From NCBI GenBank assembly GCA_964016885.1, contig OZ024742.1:200756001-200820000 (forward strand): a stretch of DNA of 64,000 bases. The letters run 5' to 3'. Within the stretch, counting starts at the first letter, position 1, and the number at the start of each line of letters is the position of its first letter. This document shows positions 39,132 to 53,266 of this stretch, in pieces. Under the pieces are notes generated by a model that was not told the DNA's origin, made no database searches, and saw nothing but the letters and a program-made list of their open reading frames with translations. The position numbers and the translations under genes are program-made. The stretch comes from Eledone cirrhosa (taxonomy: Eukaryota).

Positions 39132-39895
39132 GAGTGTGTGCGTGTGTATAAGTGAGTGTGTGTGAATGTGTGAGTGTGTGTGTGTGTGCGTGAATGTGTG
39201 AGTGTGTGAGTGTGTGTGTGTGTGTGTGAATGTGTGAGTGTGTGTGTATGAGTGTGCGTGAATGTGTGTGTGTATGTGTGTGTCTGTGCGTGAATGTGTG
39301 AATGTGTGAGTGTGTGTGTGTGCGTGAATGTGTGAATGTGTGAGTGTGTGTGTGTGCGCGTGAATGTGTGAGTGTGTGTGTGTGTGCGTGAATGTGTGAG
39401 TGTGTGAGTGTGAGTGTGTGTGTGCGTGAATGTGTGAGTGTGTGTGTGTGCGTGAATGTGTGTGTGTATGTGTGTGCGTGAATGTGTGAATGTGTGAATT
39501 GTGTGTGTGTGTGCGTGAATGTGTGAATGTGTGAGTGTGTGTGCGCGCGTGAATGTGTGAGTGTGTGTGTGTGTGCGTGAATGTGTGAGTGTGTGTGTGC
39601 GTGAATGTGTGAGTGTGTGTGTGTGTGCGTGAATGGTTGAATGTGTGAATTGTGTGTGTGTGTGCGTGAATGTGTGAGTGTGTGTGTGTGTGCGTGAATG
39701 TGTGAATGTGTGAGTGTGTGTGTGTGCGTGAATGTGTGAATGTGTGAGTGTGTGTGTGTGTGCGTGAATGTGTGAATGTGTGAGTGTGTGTGTGTGCGTG
39801 AATGTGTGAATGTGTGAGTGTGTGTGTGTGTGCGTGAATGTGTGAGTGTGTGTGTGTGCGTGAATGTGTGAGTGTGTGTGTGTGTGTGTGTGTGA
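39132..39895. repeat. GT-rich compound minisatellite (GTGAATGTGTGAGTGTGTGTGC-type units)
   Basis: Directly visible. Confidence 0.92.
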
Positions 39896-40256
39896 AGGTG
39901 ACAAGAAAAAGAGAGAGAGAGTGAGAATGTAGAGTAGTGTTTTATACGTACACTAGTTTGCTTTGTGAAGTTTCCTTGAATACGAAAGCAAAATCATACT
40001 GCCAGTGGTACAAGCCATAGTTGTTGAAATGACAAGTATGGCCTGTAATTATAGAATTCAAAGCCTCACATTCACTTATTGAATGCTGTGTCTAGTGGAG
40101 CTTGGAGTTTGTAAAGGATTTTGGTGATATTGATGTAGTTATATATGAACGCTCAATGCAAATAGCTGTATACATGTATGTGTATATACATATGGAATTA
40201 TATATACACGGACACATGGGCATACACACACCCACACACACCCACACACCCATATA

Positions 40257-40403
<147 letters not shown>

Positions 40404-40682
40404 ATATACATATATGTCATATATATTGGTACATATATATAAATGTTTATATCTATACACGCACAGACACACACACACACACTTATATATATATACTAGC
40501 AGTGTATCCCGGAGATGGATAACCGACGCCTAACACCCCTTTAACAACTGAAAATTGAAAAATAAAAGCTGCAGTTAGTATCTTTAGACCGCAGGGAATA
40601 TATAAATGCAAGTTTGAAGTCAATCGGAGAAGAAATGTGGATTTGTATAGACTTTGCAAAAATGAGGACACACACACAGACA

Positions 40683-42468
40683 ACTACAGTTTTGTCGTAT
40701 GGAATCCCGAGCATGCTCCTTGCTGCTGATACGGTCATACCTTCGGCCACTGGGGTCCAACTAAGGGACCGTTTGGGACTCCTCCTGTTTGCCCTTGGTA
40801 TAGACCACATCGCCCGGAGTATCACGGCCCCTCTCAATATTTGGTATCTGGATGATGCTACGTTGGGTGGGTCCATACAGACTGTCTGCCATGACCTACA
40901 ATCAGTGGTTCCTGCCCTGGCAGGAATCGGCCTCCAGGTCAACTCGGCTAAGTCAGAGGTGGTGAACGTCAGCCACGATGCTGAGAGCTTTGCAGCCTCC
41001 GTCTCAGACGTGCGGTCCATTCTCCACCAGGTACAGGTGACCCCTAAAGAAGATGTCCTCATCCTCGGGTCACCGATCCACCCGCCGGCCATCCGCTCCA
41101 GGTTCAACAACTCCAGACTCTCACGAGCCGACTGGGCTTGATCGACCGCCACCCAGCCCTCTTTCTATTGAGGAACTGCTTCGTATGTCGAAGCCTTTTT
41201 ATACCCTTCGCAGCGCTCTGTGCTACACTCACACATCTCTCCTCGCTGACCTCGATACTTGTATCTGAGAAGCAGCCGAGGAGATATGCAACGTCAAGTT
41301 TGATGTCATTGGATGGCAACAGGCCACTTTACCTGTCAGGTAAGGCGGCCTTGGCCTCGGTCCCCGATCTCCCTGGCTTTACCGGCGTTTCTTTCATCGG
41401 TAACCTCGTGCCGCGTCCTCGTCAGCAGGGTTCTCCAAAACACAAAAGAACCCTCTGTGTTCAGAGAAAGTGAGGCCGCCTGTGAGACGTGGGACCGGGA
41501 GTCAGCCCAGTAGACGTCCATCCTCCTTCTACCCTTGTTGACGTCAAGTCCCCCCAAAGCACTTGGGATGCCATCCAGTGCAGCCTGGCCTCAGACTGGC
41601 TCGCGGGCAGGCTCGGCCAGCACCGCCTTGCCTGTTTTCGTGCGTCCTCCAAATCCGACAGTGGTGCCTGGCTGCATGCCCTGCCATCGTTCTCCACTGG
41701 CACGCAGCTAGACAATAATAGCCTGCGCATTGGCGTTTCCTTGAGGCTCTGCCTCCGGATCTGCGAGCCACACCAATGTCGCTGCGGATCCACCGTGGAC
41801 CCTTTCGGCCTCCACCCGCTTTCCTGTCGCTACAGTGCCGACCGCCTTCCACGCCATGCTGCCCTCAACGAGGTCTTAAAGCATGGCTTGGACGCTGCAG
41901 ACTTCCCTTCCCAGCTCGAGCCGGTGGGGCTGGACCGAGAGGACGGCAAAAGGCCAGATGGCATGACCATCTTCCCGTTCTGCGGTGCTAAACCCCTCGT
42001 CTGGGATGCCATTTGCACCGACACTTTCTGCAGTCGCAACCTGGTGCAGTCTGCGATTAACCCGGGTTCTGCTGCACGTGGGGCTGAGGAGGCCAAGCTC
42101 CTCAAATACCTGTCGCTCTCCGACAGGTTTGCGGTTGTACCCCTGGCAGTGGAGACTTCTGGTGTCCTTGGTCCTAGGGCTACCTCCCTACTCACCACCA
42201 TAGGCGCTGAGCTGGCCAGCCCCTGGTGTGAGGCCCGCGAGTTGGAGTGGCTTCTCCAGCTCGTCTCCCTTGCTGTCTTCCGGAGAAAAGCCTTCTCCAT
42301 TCTGACCGCCGGGTCTGTGACGGAGCCCCATCGCGTATCATTCCATATGCAGTTGTGGTCGGTGTGTGTGTGTTTGTATATATTGCTTTTGTTTTTATTC
42401 AGCATCATGTCATTCTTCATTGCTTATCTCTAATAAAAATAATAATACTTAACTGTTAAAAAAAAAAA
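40683..42468 (+). mobile_element. 5'-truncated CRE-clade non-LTR retrotransposon with poly(A) tail
   Basis: SATGVQLRDRLGLLLF (degenerate GVQQGDPLG), WYLDD, GAWLHALP, CRCG..H.LSC..RH finger, KRPDG..WD..DT RLE, KY..PLAVETSG; A-tail 42458-42468. Confidence 0.9.
40690..42345 (+). pseudogene. CRE RT + zinc finger + RLE endonuclease, frameshifted
   Basis: ORFs 40614-41141, intervening fragments and 41489-42433. Confidence 0.85.
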
Positions 42469-43699
42469 GTATATATATATAGATATATATATATATCACG
42501 TCATTGAATCTACATTTCTACATTTGCAGCCTTTTACATAATTGTCACATTATCAATACATATGTCTTTGTCTTTCCCTTCTTTCCCTTTCTCTTTTTCT
42601 CTCTGCCACCCTCTCTCTATATATATTTACAACAAGCCTCCACTGACATTCCGTTTATCAAATTTCACTTACACTCCTTTGGTCAACCCAGCGCTACAGG
42701 TGAAAACACTTGTCCAAGATGTCACATCGTTGGATGTAACCTGAAAGAATGTGATTGCGAAGAGAGCTCCTACACAACCATTTGTGAATGTGTATTTATT
42801 GATCTTTATCGATGTCTATTTGTGTGCGACATATAATTTAAATGAGTATTTACATTACAGGCGATCTCTTTCTTTTCGTTTTCTTCATGGAACCTCGTCA
42901 GGGGACAAACACTATTCACTCCTGACGTGAAAGTTACTGGTGTTGGGTTCAATTCCTGGACTTGGTTTCTCGTTGTATTCTTTTGCAAAAAGTTTCATTT
43001 CACATGCTTTTCGTAATATGACTAGAGTCCAGTATGAAATCTGCATTAATGAGAGCTGTATATTTCATTTAATTTTATTTTTATTCGTACCTGACGAACT
43101 TTTGCGAGTGAATCAAAAAGTTTCAGCTTCATATTCAGGGAAAAAGTAGGGTCCACAACCGTTTTCTTCCGAAATGGGTCGGAAGAATGGAGGAATATAT
43201 TTTTAAATATTCTAAAACTTGTCCGCTCGACCTAACGTTTACAAAGGAGAGGACATCTTTGCTAAGACACACTAATGTCAGGAGACAATTTTGAACCGAA
43301 CAATGGCATACGTCTACTATCTGTAAGGTATATAAAGAAAAAAACCTAAGAAATGGCCATTACCACCCGATGGACGCGTAGGCATGCCACCAGGAGACCT
43401 TCGTCTTTCTAAATCTGGCGGAGTCAGACTCAAGTCAGACTCAACCGATTTCTTCCATAAAATACGCCAGAACGAAGGAAAATGATAAAGAGAGATAGAA
43501 GAAGGATCGATCCCACTACTGGAGCGGTAATTTATATATAAACCCAAAAACAATGAAAGGAGAAGTTTATCTTGATGGGAGTGAAACTCAGAACGCACTG
43601 AGCCGGAACAAATACCATGACTGGACGATTAAAAGTTCGCCCGTAATCATTGTGGGTGAAACTGGATAGGATGAAACTGAAGGCGTGTTGGACTGCACT

Positions 43700-44185
43700 A
43701 ATAATTCAATGGACTGTACTGGTAATTTAATGGAATGTTCTTATAATTTAATGGAATGTTCTGGTAATTCAAAGGAATGTTGAAGTAATTTAATAGGCTG
43801 TACTGGGAATTTAATGGAATGTTCTGGTAATTCAATGGAATGTTGAAGTAATTTAATAGGCTGTACTGGGAATTTAATGGAATGTTCTGGTGATTTAATG
43901 GAATGTTCTGGTAATTTAATGGAATGTTCTGGTAATTCAATGGAATGTTCTGGTAATTTAATAGTCTGCACTGGGAATTTAATGGAATATCCTGGTAATT
44001 TAATGGAATGTTCTGGTGATTTAATGGAATGTTCTGGTAATTTAATGGAATGTTCTGGTGATTTAATGGAATGTTCTGGTAATTTAATGGAATGTTCTGG
44101 TGATTTAATGGACTGTACTGGTAATCTAAAGGAATGTATTGGTAATTTAATGGACTGTCTGGTAATTTAATGGAATATTCTGGTA
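43700..44185. repeat. 21-bp minisatellite (TTTAATGGAATGTTCTGGTAA), ~23 units
   Basis: Directly visible; lies between a TGAAGGCGTG SINE-B-like start and a SINE B body. Confidence 0.93.
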
Positions 44186-44393
44186 GTTAAAATGGCTAGT
44201 CTTGTTACTTGGTGTGTCACGCTGTATATTCCTGGAAATTACGTAAATGATACACGTGTCTGTTCACTGCTCATCCACATGCATATTACTTTGAAGGGCA
44301 GGCTGTACTGTCGAACGGGCAACTGGAACACTCATCGCTGAAACCGAAGGAGGTTCAGCCAGGTGATGAGTCACTCAATTAATATATATATAT

Positions 44394-44641
44394 ACTAGCA
44401 GAATGGCCTGGCGTTGCTCGGAATTTGCTCTAGGGTTCTAATATATTTGATATATATTTATCCTTATCGCTGCTTTCACCATTAACGGCACCTTCTGAAA
44501 CTAACAAAGTCAATCTGTGAACGCAGAAGTAAATATTTCAGAAAACGTTGCAACCGGAGGAAGACAGGAAGACGATACTTTGGTTTGTGGAAACGTTCCC
44601 TGGCAAAGAACGGGAAAAAACGAATATAATACGTCATTATG
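44394..44641 (-). mobile_element. Possible Helitron 3' terminus fragment
   Basis: Minus strand CCGAGCAACGCCAGG imperfect hairpin followed by CTAGT within TA repeat; body shared with 2348-2476; a similar ACTAGCAG..CCCGG end occurs at ~40495. Confidence 0.45.
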
Positions 44642-44689
44642 TATATATATATATATATTTTAAAAAATTGACTTTACTTACTATAGTTA

Positions 44690-44772
44690 CCTTTACCGAA
44701 TCGGTTTCGAATCTCAAAAATTAAACGGAGACCATACGGCCTTCGTTGCAAAGAAAGATTCTCGTCAGAAGG
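44690..44772 (-). ncRNA. Type I hammerhead ribozyme with large loop II
   Basis: cctt-CTGACGA-gaatct..~45 nt..agattc-GAAA-ccga t tcgg-TA-aagg; all three stems and the core intact. Confidence 0.85.
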
Positions 44773-45172
44773 TTCTTTTCATTCGAAGAATATAAAATTC
44801 TTGAATTTAAATTACGAACTAGCGATATCCAAAACTGTTCCCGAGATGAGAGTGAATGAAGTGGAATCAATTTTTTCAAGGGCCGAAGTAAAGATAGAGG
44901 CAGAGGGAGGTAGGTCAAACGGCCACCACTATCACTAGCAGCAGTCAAACGACCAAATTTTTTTCTCAACATAGAGGAGTATAGTAATAATAGGATATGT
45001 GTTCCTACACGCACAAAGCGCTAAGGGACACATGTATTGTCCAACCATATGCCAATGTGGTTCAATGGCAGGTTAATAAATTAACGAGCCAGAACATATA
45101 TAATCAGGTTTAGCAAATAAGGAAAAAGTTTCAAAATAAATTTTAAAAAATTGACTTTACTTACTATAGTTA

Positions 45173-45254
45173 CCTTTACCGAATCGGTTTCGAATCTCAA
45201 AAATAAACGGAGACCATACGGCCTTCGTTGCAAAGAAAGATTCTCGTCAGAAGG
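45173..45254 (-). ncRNA. Second tandem copy of the same hammerhead ribozyme
   Basis: Duplicate of 44690-44772; a truncated third copy lies on + at 45742-45775. Confidence 0.85.
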
Positions 45255-46260
45255 TTCTTTTCATTCGAAGAATATAAAATTCTTGAATTTAAATTACGAA
45301 CTAGCGCTATCCAAAACTGTTCCCGAGATGAGAGTGAATGAAGTGGAATCAATTTTTTCAAGCGCCGAAGTAAAGATTTTGAAACTTTTTCATTATTTGC
45401 TAAACCTGATTATATATGTTCTGGCTCGTTAATTTATTAACCTGCCATTGAACCACATTGGCATATGGTTGGACAATACATGTGTCCCTTAGCGCTTTGT
45501 GCGTGTAGGAACACATATCCTATTATTACTATACTCCTCTATGTTGAGAAAAGAATTTGGTCGTTCCGACTGCTGCTAGTGATAGTGGTGGCCGTTTGAC
45601 CTACCTCCCTCTGCCTCTATCTTTACTTCGGCGCTTGAAAAAATTGATTCCACTTCATTCACTCTCATATCGGGAACAGTTTTGGATAGCGCTAGTTCGT
45701 AATTTAAATTCAAGAATTTTATATTCTTCGAATGAAAAGAACCTTCTGACGAGAATCTTTCTTTGCAACGAAGGCAAACAAGGGGCTTGACAAGGGGGGA
45801 AACCCTTAGTTTTGGCGGATGAATGCAGTATGTGTGTCATTGCAAAATTTGCAAAATATCACAAAACGAATTAAGCTCTCAACAGAATGGTTTTAAAATT
45901 AACAAGAGCTATTAATCAGTCAATAGAATTAACTAAAAAAATCAAGAAAATTAACTGGTCAATAGCTAGACTCTGGAGATTAATACAAATATAAATTAGC
46001 GAGAATCGTATTTCGGCTACTGGAAATGTGCGAAAAACAATTTCCGAGATGTGTGGCAAGCGCTCCATAGAAGCTAGTGAACTAGAGCTACAACATAAGT
46101 TATATATATATGTATATATATATATAATATATATATGTGTGTGTATATGTATATATATATATGTGTGTGTATATATACATATATATATACACCCACTCAC
46201 ACACACATATATATATATACGCACATACATATATATATATATATATATACATATATATAA

Positions 46261-46294
<34 letters not shown>

Positions 46295-46431
46295 TTATTA
46301 AAATAACCGATTAAAGTTTAAGCAAAGAATCGCTGCTTTCACCCTTAACGGGATCTTAGTCTTCAATTTTATTATTATTACTATATATATATATATATAT
46401 ACATATAGATATAGATATATATATGTATATA

Positions 46432-46482
<51 letters not shown>

Positions 46483-46855
46483 GAATATACATAAATATAT
46501 AATTGTAGTGTGGACATTCATAAATGTGTGCATCTATAGTATGATTGATAGTCTGAATGTGTGTGCGATTGGACATGTGTATCTCTTCCTACACATGTGC
46601 ATGTATGTATGTCATCATGTGTATATATCTAAATATGCTTGTGTGAATGTGTGTACAAGTGCATGCATGTGGAAATTGCGCGCGAATGTATGTGTAAGCG
46701 CGCATGTGAATACGTTTGTATATGTGATTATAGATGTGCATGTATGAACATTTGCGTGTGTGTTTCAGTGCTATTTTACTTGTGCATCATATGTATGTGT
46801 GTGGTGGGGCACACAGGTGTGTGCATGTGTGTAGGTGTGTGTGTGGTGGGGCATG

Positions 46856-46921
<66 letters not shown>

Positions 46922-47402
46922 TGTGTGTGTGTGTGTGAATGTGTGAGAAAGTGAGTGTGTGTGTTGTTGAATGTTGGTTTGCGAGTCGATGCGTACGTGA
47001 GGTCCTCTATGTATGAGTGTAGGTATGTGTGCATACATGTGTATTGGTATGTGTGTGCGATAATGCTGTCGCAGGCTGAGAAATGGATGAAGAGAAGCGT
47101 TCATTGGAAAACAAGGGAGAAACTAGTAGATTCGTTCCACTTCACCAAGCAGAAGCCATTGGGCAGTGAAGCATTACTAGTTAACTTACAGTCCATTGAT
47201 CACATGTACACACACGCACACACGCACACACACACACATACATCAACTCCTATATATACACTTACACACACAAACGCAAACACATGTATATATATGCTTT
47301 TATATATATTATATATATATACGCATATACGCTTGTACGTATATGCTTTTATATATATTATATATATACGCATATACGCTCGCACACGGACACATATATG
47401 TA

Positions 47403-47433
<31 letters not shown>

Positions 47434-47458
47434 GTGTGTGTATATATGTATGTGTATA

Positions 47459-47489
<31 letters not shown>

Positions 47490-47582
47490 GTGTGTGTGTA
47501 TATATGTATGTGTATATATATATATATATATGTGTGTGTATATATATATATATATGTGTGTGTATATATATATACACACACA

Positions 47583-47670
<88 letters not shown>

Positions 47671-49206
47671 TACACATATACATACACATATTCATATATA
47701 TATATTCTCGATTGATTATATATACTTTACTACATAGTCGAATCAGTATACACACATATAAACACACACACATACACACACCTCTCACACCATATTCATT
47801 GTTGACGTCACACAGAGAGACACACGCATACCCGCTTACACATTCTCTCAATCCATTGTTCACACAGATAGTCATACACATGCACACACACACACACACT
47901 CACATATAGTCTTTCAGTTTATTTTCACACACAGTCACACGGACACACACACACACCGACATACATACACACACCGACATACACACACACACACACACAC
48001 ATACACACCAACATACACACACACACACACATACACACACCGACATACATACACACAGACACAGTCACCACACACAGACACATGCGTTGGATCTCTGCCG
48101 GTTCGGACAAGTGTTGCACTTGTTTGATCAATGGTACAGCCTCTTCGTGAAATTAACATGCAAGTGCCTGAGCATTCCGCCACACGTGTAGCTATTACGT
48201 AGTCTTTCGGTTACATAGTTTTCATTTTGACAGGATTTGACAAGGATGGCCCTGTTAAAGGGAAATGAACCATCTAGCTGATGGAAATCGAATTTCGGCC
48301 TTAAGATCATAAGTCAAATACTCTAAACATTAAGCCACACGCGCATAACCCCCCCTCCCACCACCACACACACATATATATACACTCAATCATCAAGTGA
48401 TCGATACTCTATCCAGAGTTAACAGTCACTTGGTGGAATGGCTGTTACAACACGATGATTCACGTTCGTTTTTGTTGTTTAGCCTCATGTCACCAAATCG
48501 ATATTCAAAGATATCCCCTAAGCAATCATCCCACCTATTCCCTCGATACAAGAGTACTGAACTGGTCTAGTTACCAAGTAGGGGCCACTCAATGGTACTA
48601 CCACACTACTTATTAATTGTGCATCCTCAGATTTATAGTGTTATACTTATTCCGAAAGACCGCCTTTGAGTTATTGAAAATTAAAGTGCCCACCTAAAAT
48701 GTTATGAAACACACTTGCTCCACTCCAGCCCAACACATAGAGCAACAGATGCTGATGGACATAGGCTGAACTCTGAGCCACATAGTTACTAAACGAACCC
48801 CTTCACCACACAATCAAACATATGTAGCTGTTACTTCCCTTACGTCTCTACCCTCATTCAAGTGGATGCAGCATGGCTTAATATATTTTTCATATATATT
48901 TTCACTAAGATCATAAAACCAAGAAAACAATGCAGAGAAAAAATATGGTATATGCGTCAGTAAAAAAACTTGAGCAGCAAAATACCACGCGATAAAGTAA
49001 ATTCTGGCTTGAAAGAGAGAGAGGTGGAGGGTGGTTAGTACACTGATCTACCCTGCAATGCACCCACGACCGACCCTGGAGTGTCAAGTAAAATGTGAAG
49101 TGTTGTAAACATTTACAAGCGCTAATTAGTTTCCACGAAATATCTCCCCCATCTTATTTCGCTTTAAATTATATGATTATATAATTTATATAATTCCTTC
49201 TACGAG

Positions 49207-49379
<173 letters not shown>

Positions 49380-49419
49380 TGTACATGTGTACATATACAA
49401 ACATATGTATATGTGTGTA

Positions 49420-49453
<34 letters not shown>

Positions 49454-49919
49454 CAAATTTATATATATAAATATGTATAAATAAGTATATATATATATAT
49501 ATACATATATGTATGCATATATATATGTGTGTGTGTGTGTGCATATATACATACCTTTTCCTATTTCCCACTCTACTACCCTAAATATTGAGTACTCTGG
49601 TGCGTTGTGGTCCATCTGTTTCCTTACCACAATTCCTTTGTTATATATATATATCCTAAATAAAGTGAGTGTAATATATAATAGTAGGCTTAATGTTGTA
49701 GGACACAGAAAGCAACCTATATATTAGAGTTATATAACACATAGATAAACATAACAAACAACTAAAACTCCCCAAACACACTATGGCCCCATGTGGGTTG
49801 TGAAATTATTAGTTAATATGTTTGCACACATCTGAATATCATCTATAAATAAACTCTTCTATTCTACCTTTCTTTGTACATGGCTGCATCGCTTGTTATG
49901 TGTATCAACAGAAAGTGAG

Positions 49920-49954
<35 letters not shown>

Positions 49955-49958
<4 letters not shown>

Positions 49959-50060
49959 GTTTCTACTTTAGGCACAAGACCAGCAAAATACCCAGTGCAT
50001 TACTGGTACTTTATTTTATCTACCCCGTAAGGATGAAAGGCAAAGTCAACCTCTGCGGGA
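49955..50060 (-). mobile_element. 5'-truncated SINE family A
   Basis: Reverse complement of the SINE 3' two-thirds. Confidence 0.85.
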
Positions 50061-50217
50061 TAATGTGAGAGATAGAGAGATGGAGAGAGAAAGGAAGAGA
50101 GAAAAAAAAAGAGAGACAAAGAGAGAGGGTAAAAATACAGAGGGACAGACTGGTGAGTCTGCAAACATGGTTTTTCTGTCGTCTGTTTTACCCTATCTAC
50201 TTAGCTGCCTATATACA

Positions 50218-50316
<99 letters not shown>

Positions 50317-50325
50317 GTATGTGTA

Positions 50326-50358
<33 letters not shown>

Positions 50359-50384
50359 GTATATATATCTCTATATATATATTC

Positions 50385-50455
<71 letters not shown>

Positions 50456-50485
50456 ATATATACATATATATACATATATATATAT

Positions 50486-50565
<80 letters not shown>

Positions 50566-50937
50566 CTTTCTTCCTCTATAAAATTACAACAAACAGAAGC
50601 AGACTATGATATAGGATGCTGTTAACAGCTGGCCGCTCGTTTTACTTTTCCACACCTCTTCTAACATATTGTTTAACTATATTTCACCCTGGTGTGCTTG
50701 CCATTTCAACAAGAAAATAACTCATGGGTTGATTGAGTATATTTACACCCAACTTGGCTCACTTACATTCGTTTCGACAAGTTTATGGACTAATTTTCGT
50801 TTTTAAACACACCATCGTAATCATTGTAAACAGACGAATTAAGCTGTTCATATATTGAGGCGCTGTGTATATAAATATATCCCATATGTATATAAATATA
50901 CCCCACCTGTATATGTGTTTATACACAAATATAAATA

Positions 50938-50980
<43 letters not shown>

Positions 50981-51110
50981 GTATACATATGTATACATAT
51001 GTAGAGAGCCAGAAAAAGAGAGAGAGAGACGGGGGTTATGTATGATTACCTTATTTACTCTGGTTACTCCCAATTCTACTAGGGGTCACCTTATATATAT
51101 ATATATATAT

Positions 51111-51308
51111 AATTTTAAAAACCATACAATGCATTAGAAAATTAAATGTGTCAAGATAACGATAGAATCTTACGTTAAGGAGTATCCTTCTGAAGGTTTT
51201 AAAAGATCGGTATGGAGATGATTTGTTGTTAGGAAGACCGAATTTAATTTAAATTCTGTTATCTTGGAACCTTTAATTTTCTAATGCATTGTATGGTTTT
51301 TTTAAATT
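51111..51308. mobile_element. ~200-bp element with 50-bp inverted termini (MITE or PLE inversion)
   Basis: 51111-51160 is approximately the reverse complement of 51258-51308. Confidence 0.6.
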
Positions 51309-51353
51309 GAGCAAATTTATATTTCCTATTCAACAATGCTTCAAGCAAACTAC

Positions 51354-51417
<64 letters not shown>

Positions 51418-52449
51418 TTACAGAATCTGCATCTTTCTGCAACTTTCAAGCTCCTGCTGTGTCACAGTGTCCTCTTTCATTTTCCAGACATAACTGGAGA
51501 GTTATGTTGTATTCTTCAGTACAGTATATCATATTAATAAGGCGTCTACTGAAGATGGATAAAATGACTGAAATACGTATCTGCGTTCATATGCACTTAT
51601 ATTCTCAATCACGGTATGAAATGTTGATATGTTTAGGAAGCCGGTACAATGCAGACGCGGTTGAAAAATCTGAGATAACAAAATTGGATAAGTGACATAA
51701 GGTTGAACGGAAAAAAGGAAAATAAAGAACGCAAACGAGAGATTTTGCTGCATCGGCAATATTTATTCTTGCTGATATATTTCGGATTAACTCTCCTTTG
51801 TCGAGGGAGTTGCTGGAAGTATGGGAGAGTGCAATTAGACTCCGATTAGCTTGCGTTCGTGTTGTAAATGATTATCTCACGCTCAATTAACACACGTGAC
51901 ACGCGATATACTTAGTGGAGTCTAAATTGTGTTGTAATGAACGGCAAGTTTGGAGGGTAGTAGTGTTCCGTTGGGAATGGTGGTTGCGTTGATGGTATGT
52001 AGAATTTGGCCGTCCCATTTAGCGTCAACAGAAGGTTTCTTGAAATATAGTCCTCAGTCAGCAGGTAGTAGTAGATGATCTATCGGATTTGTGGTGGTGT
52101 AACTGATGGTGGCTGGTCGTTAGTTTTACCTAACTATAGCAGTAGTTGGCAGTAATCGGTTTTTGATTTAACCGATTCCATTTCATTAAGCTAAAGAGAA
52201 AACGAAAAAGAAAGAGCAGGAAAAAAGAAAAAGAAACAGAGAAACAAAATGGAATTAAACAGCGAAATAAAGGGAAAGAGGGAGATAGCAACAGACTTTA
52301 CACCTCTGTCTCAACGGTATGTTTTGATTTGGTCATGGTCGAGTTGCATTGTTGTGTTTATTTATTTGCCTATTTGTCTATTTGTCTATTTGTCTATATA
52401 TTTTCGTGTCTTGATTAATTTAAAAGTAACCATTAGGTTTCGTTTTGAT

Positions 52450-52870
52450 CTATGATTGATGGCTGGCTTAAGGTGTTATTTTACTAAGTCTTCCTTGACC
52501 TGCAGATTGCTTATGTTTCATTACGTGGTCAATATAGTGCTGGTGGTTAATATCTTGTCATTGTTACCATATTTAGTTGTGTATGTCCGGAAAAAGTGGA
52601 GTTTGTGGTTGTGTGCTACATTTTCAGAATATGCAGGGCTTGAATCTTATTGTCAATGAAGCAACCATTGCATTTATTTCAATGTATCCAGTATACCAGA
52701 TATGTACATAGGCAATTGCCAGTGTTGCTTATGGTGCAGTTAGACGGTGATTCGTGGAGTATGATCGTCTTTTCAATAGATATCTCCGTGGTAGGGTTCA
52801 CGAGTGGGCCAGTTAGGTATCAAGACGTTCCCTACAGATAACACTGTGGATGGCTCTGAGGCTAGCTTTG
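52450..52870 (-). pseudogene. Heavily decayed Neptune-type PLE GIY-YIG region
   Basis: Minus-strand translation CLCTYLVYWIH*NKCNGCFI resembles C.S.NLVY.I.C..C...YIG. Confidence 0.4.
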
Positions 52871-53084
52871 GAGATGTGGTAGTTTTAAATAGCAAGTGCC
52901 TAAGGTTTGTGTATGTGTGTGTGTGTTCATGTAATATATATATATATATATATTTACAGGGTGTGGGCGGTATTTGAGGACAGATTTATAGTTTTAAAAA
53001 AAACGCTTATATAATAACAGACAACTGATGAGGAAAACTCCCCCCGCCCGTTTTTGCTTTCTTCGTTTTACCACTGCATTTTAA

Positions 53085-53160
<76 letters not shown>

Positions 53161-53230
53161 ACAATGGAACGGGAACAAAACAGAGAGGCAGTACGAACGA
53201 AGGTTTATTAGTTTCACGCTCTTGAGAGGG

Positions 53231-53266
53231 GGAACGACGTTTCGGGCATAAGCCCGTCTTCAGGCG
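53231..53266 (-). ncRNA. Minimal PLE hammerhead ribozyme
   Basis: cgc-CTGAAGA-c gggc ttat gccc-GAAA-cg-TC-gtt; weak stem I. Confidence 0.75.

Larger units (their letters stand above)
44657..46100. mobile_element. Penelope-like element 5' region with tandem and inverted pLTR copies (A-B-A-B'-A') between (TA)n tracts
   Basis: A 44657-44895 = 45140-45377; B 44896-45137 inverted at 45376-45618; A inverted and truncated at 45619-45775; HHR in A. Confidence 0.75.

Noticed and set aside
43088-43130. CTGACGA motif (also CTGATGA at ~53026 and CTGAAGA at ~62599)
   Set aside because: GAAA, stem III or stem I missing; cannot be supported
43700-44185. CRISPR-like regular array
   Set aside because: Contiguous tandem units without unique spacers, eukaryotic context, no cas genes
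52660-52720. In-frame TGA at a CxxC cysteine of a PLE GIY-YIG (selenocysteine, as in some Naiads)
   Set aside because: The surrounding sequence is heavily decayed with other stops and no SECIS was seen; ordinary mutation is more likely
52955-53000. TACAGGGTG Tc1/mariner-like terminus; TTAA-type termini near 19430 and 61035
   Set aside because: No matching opposite TIR or transposase found
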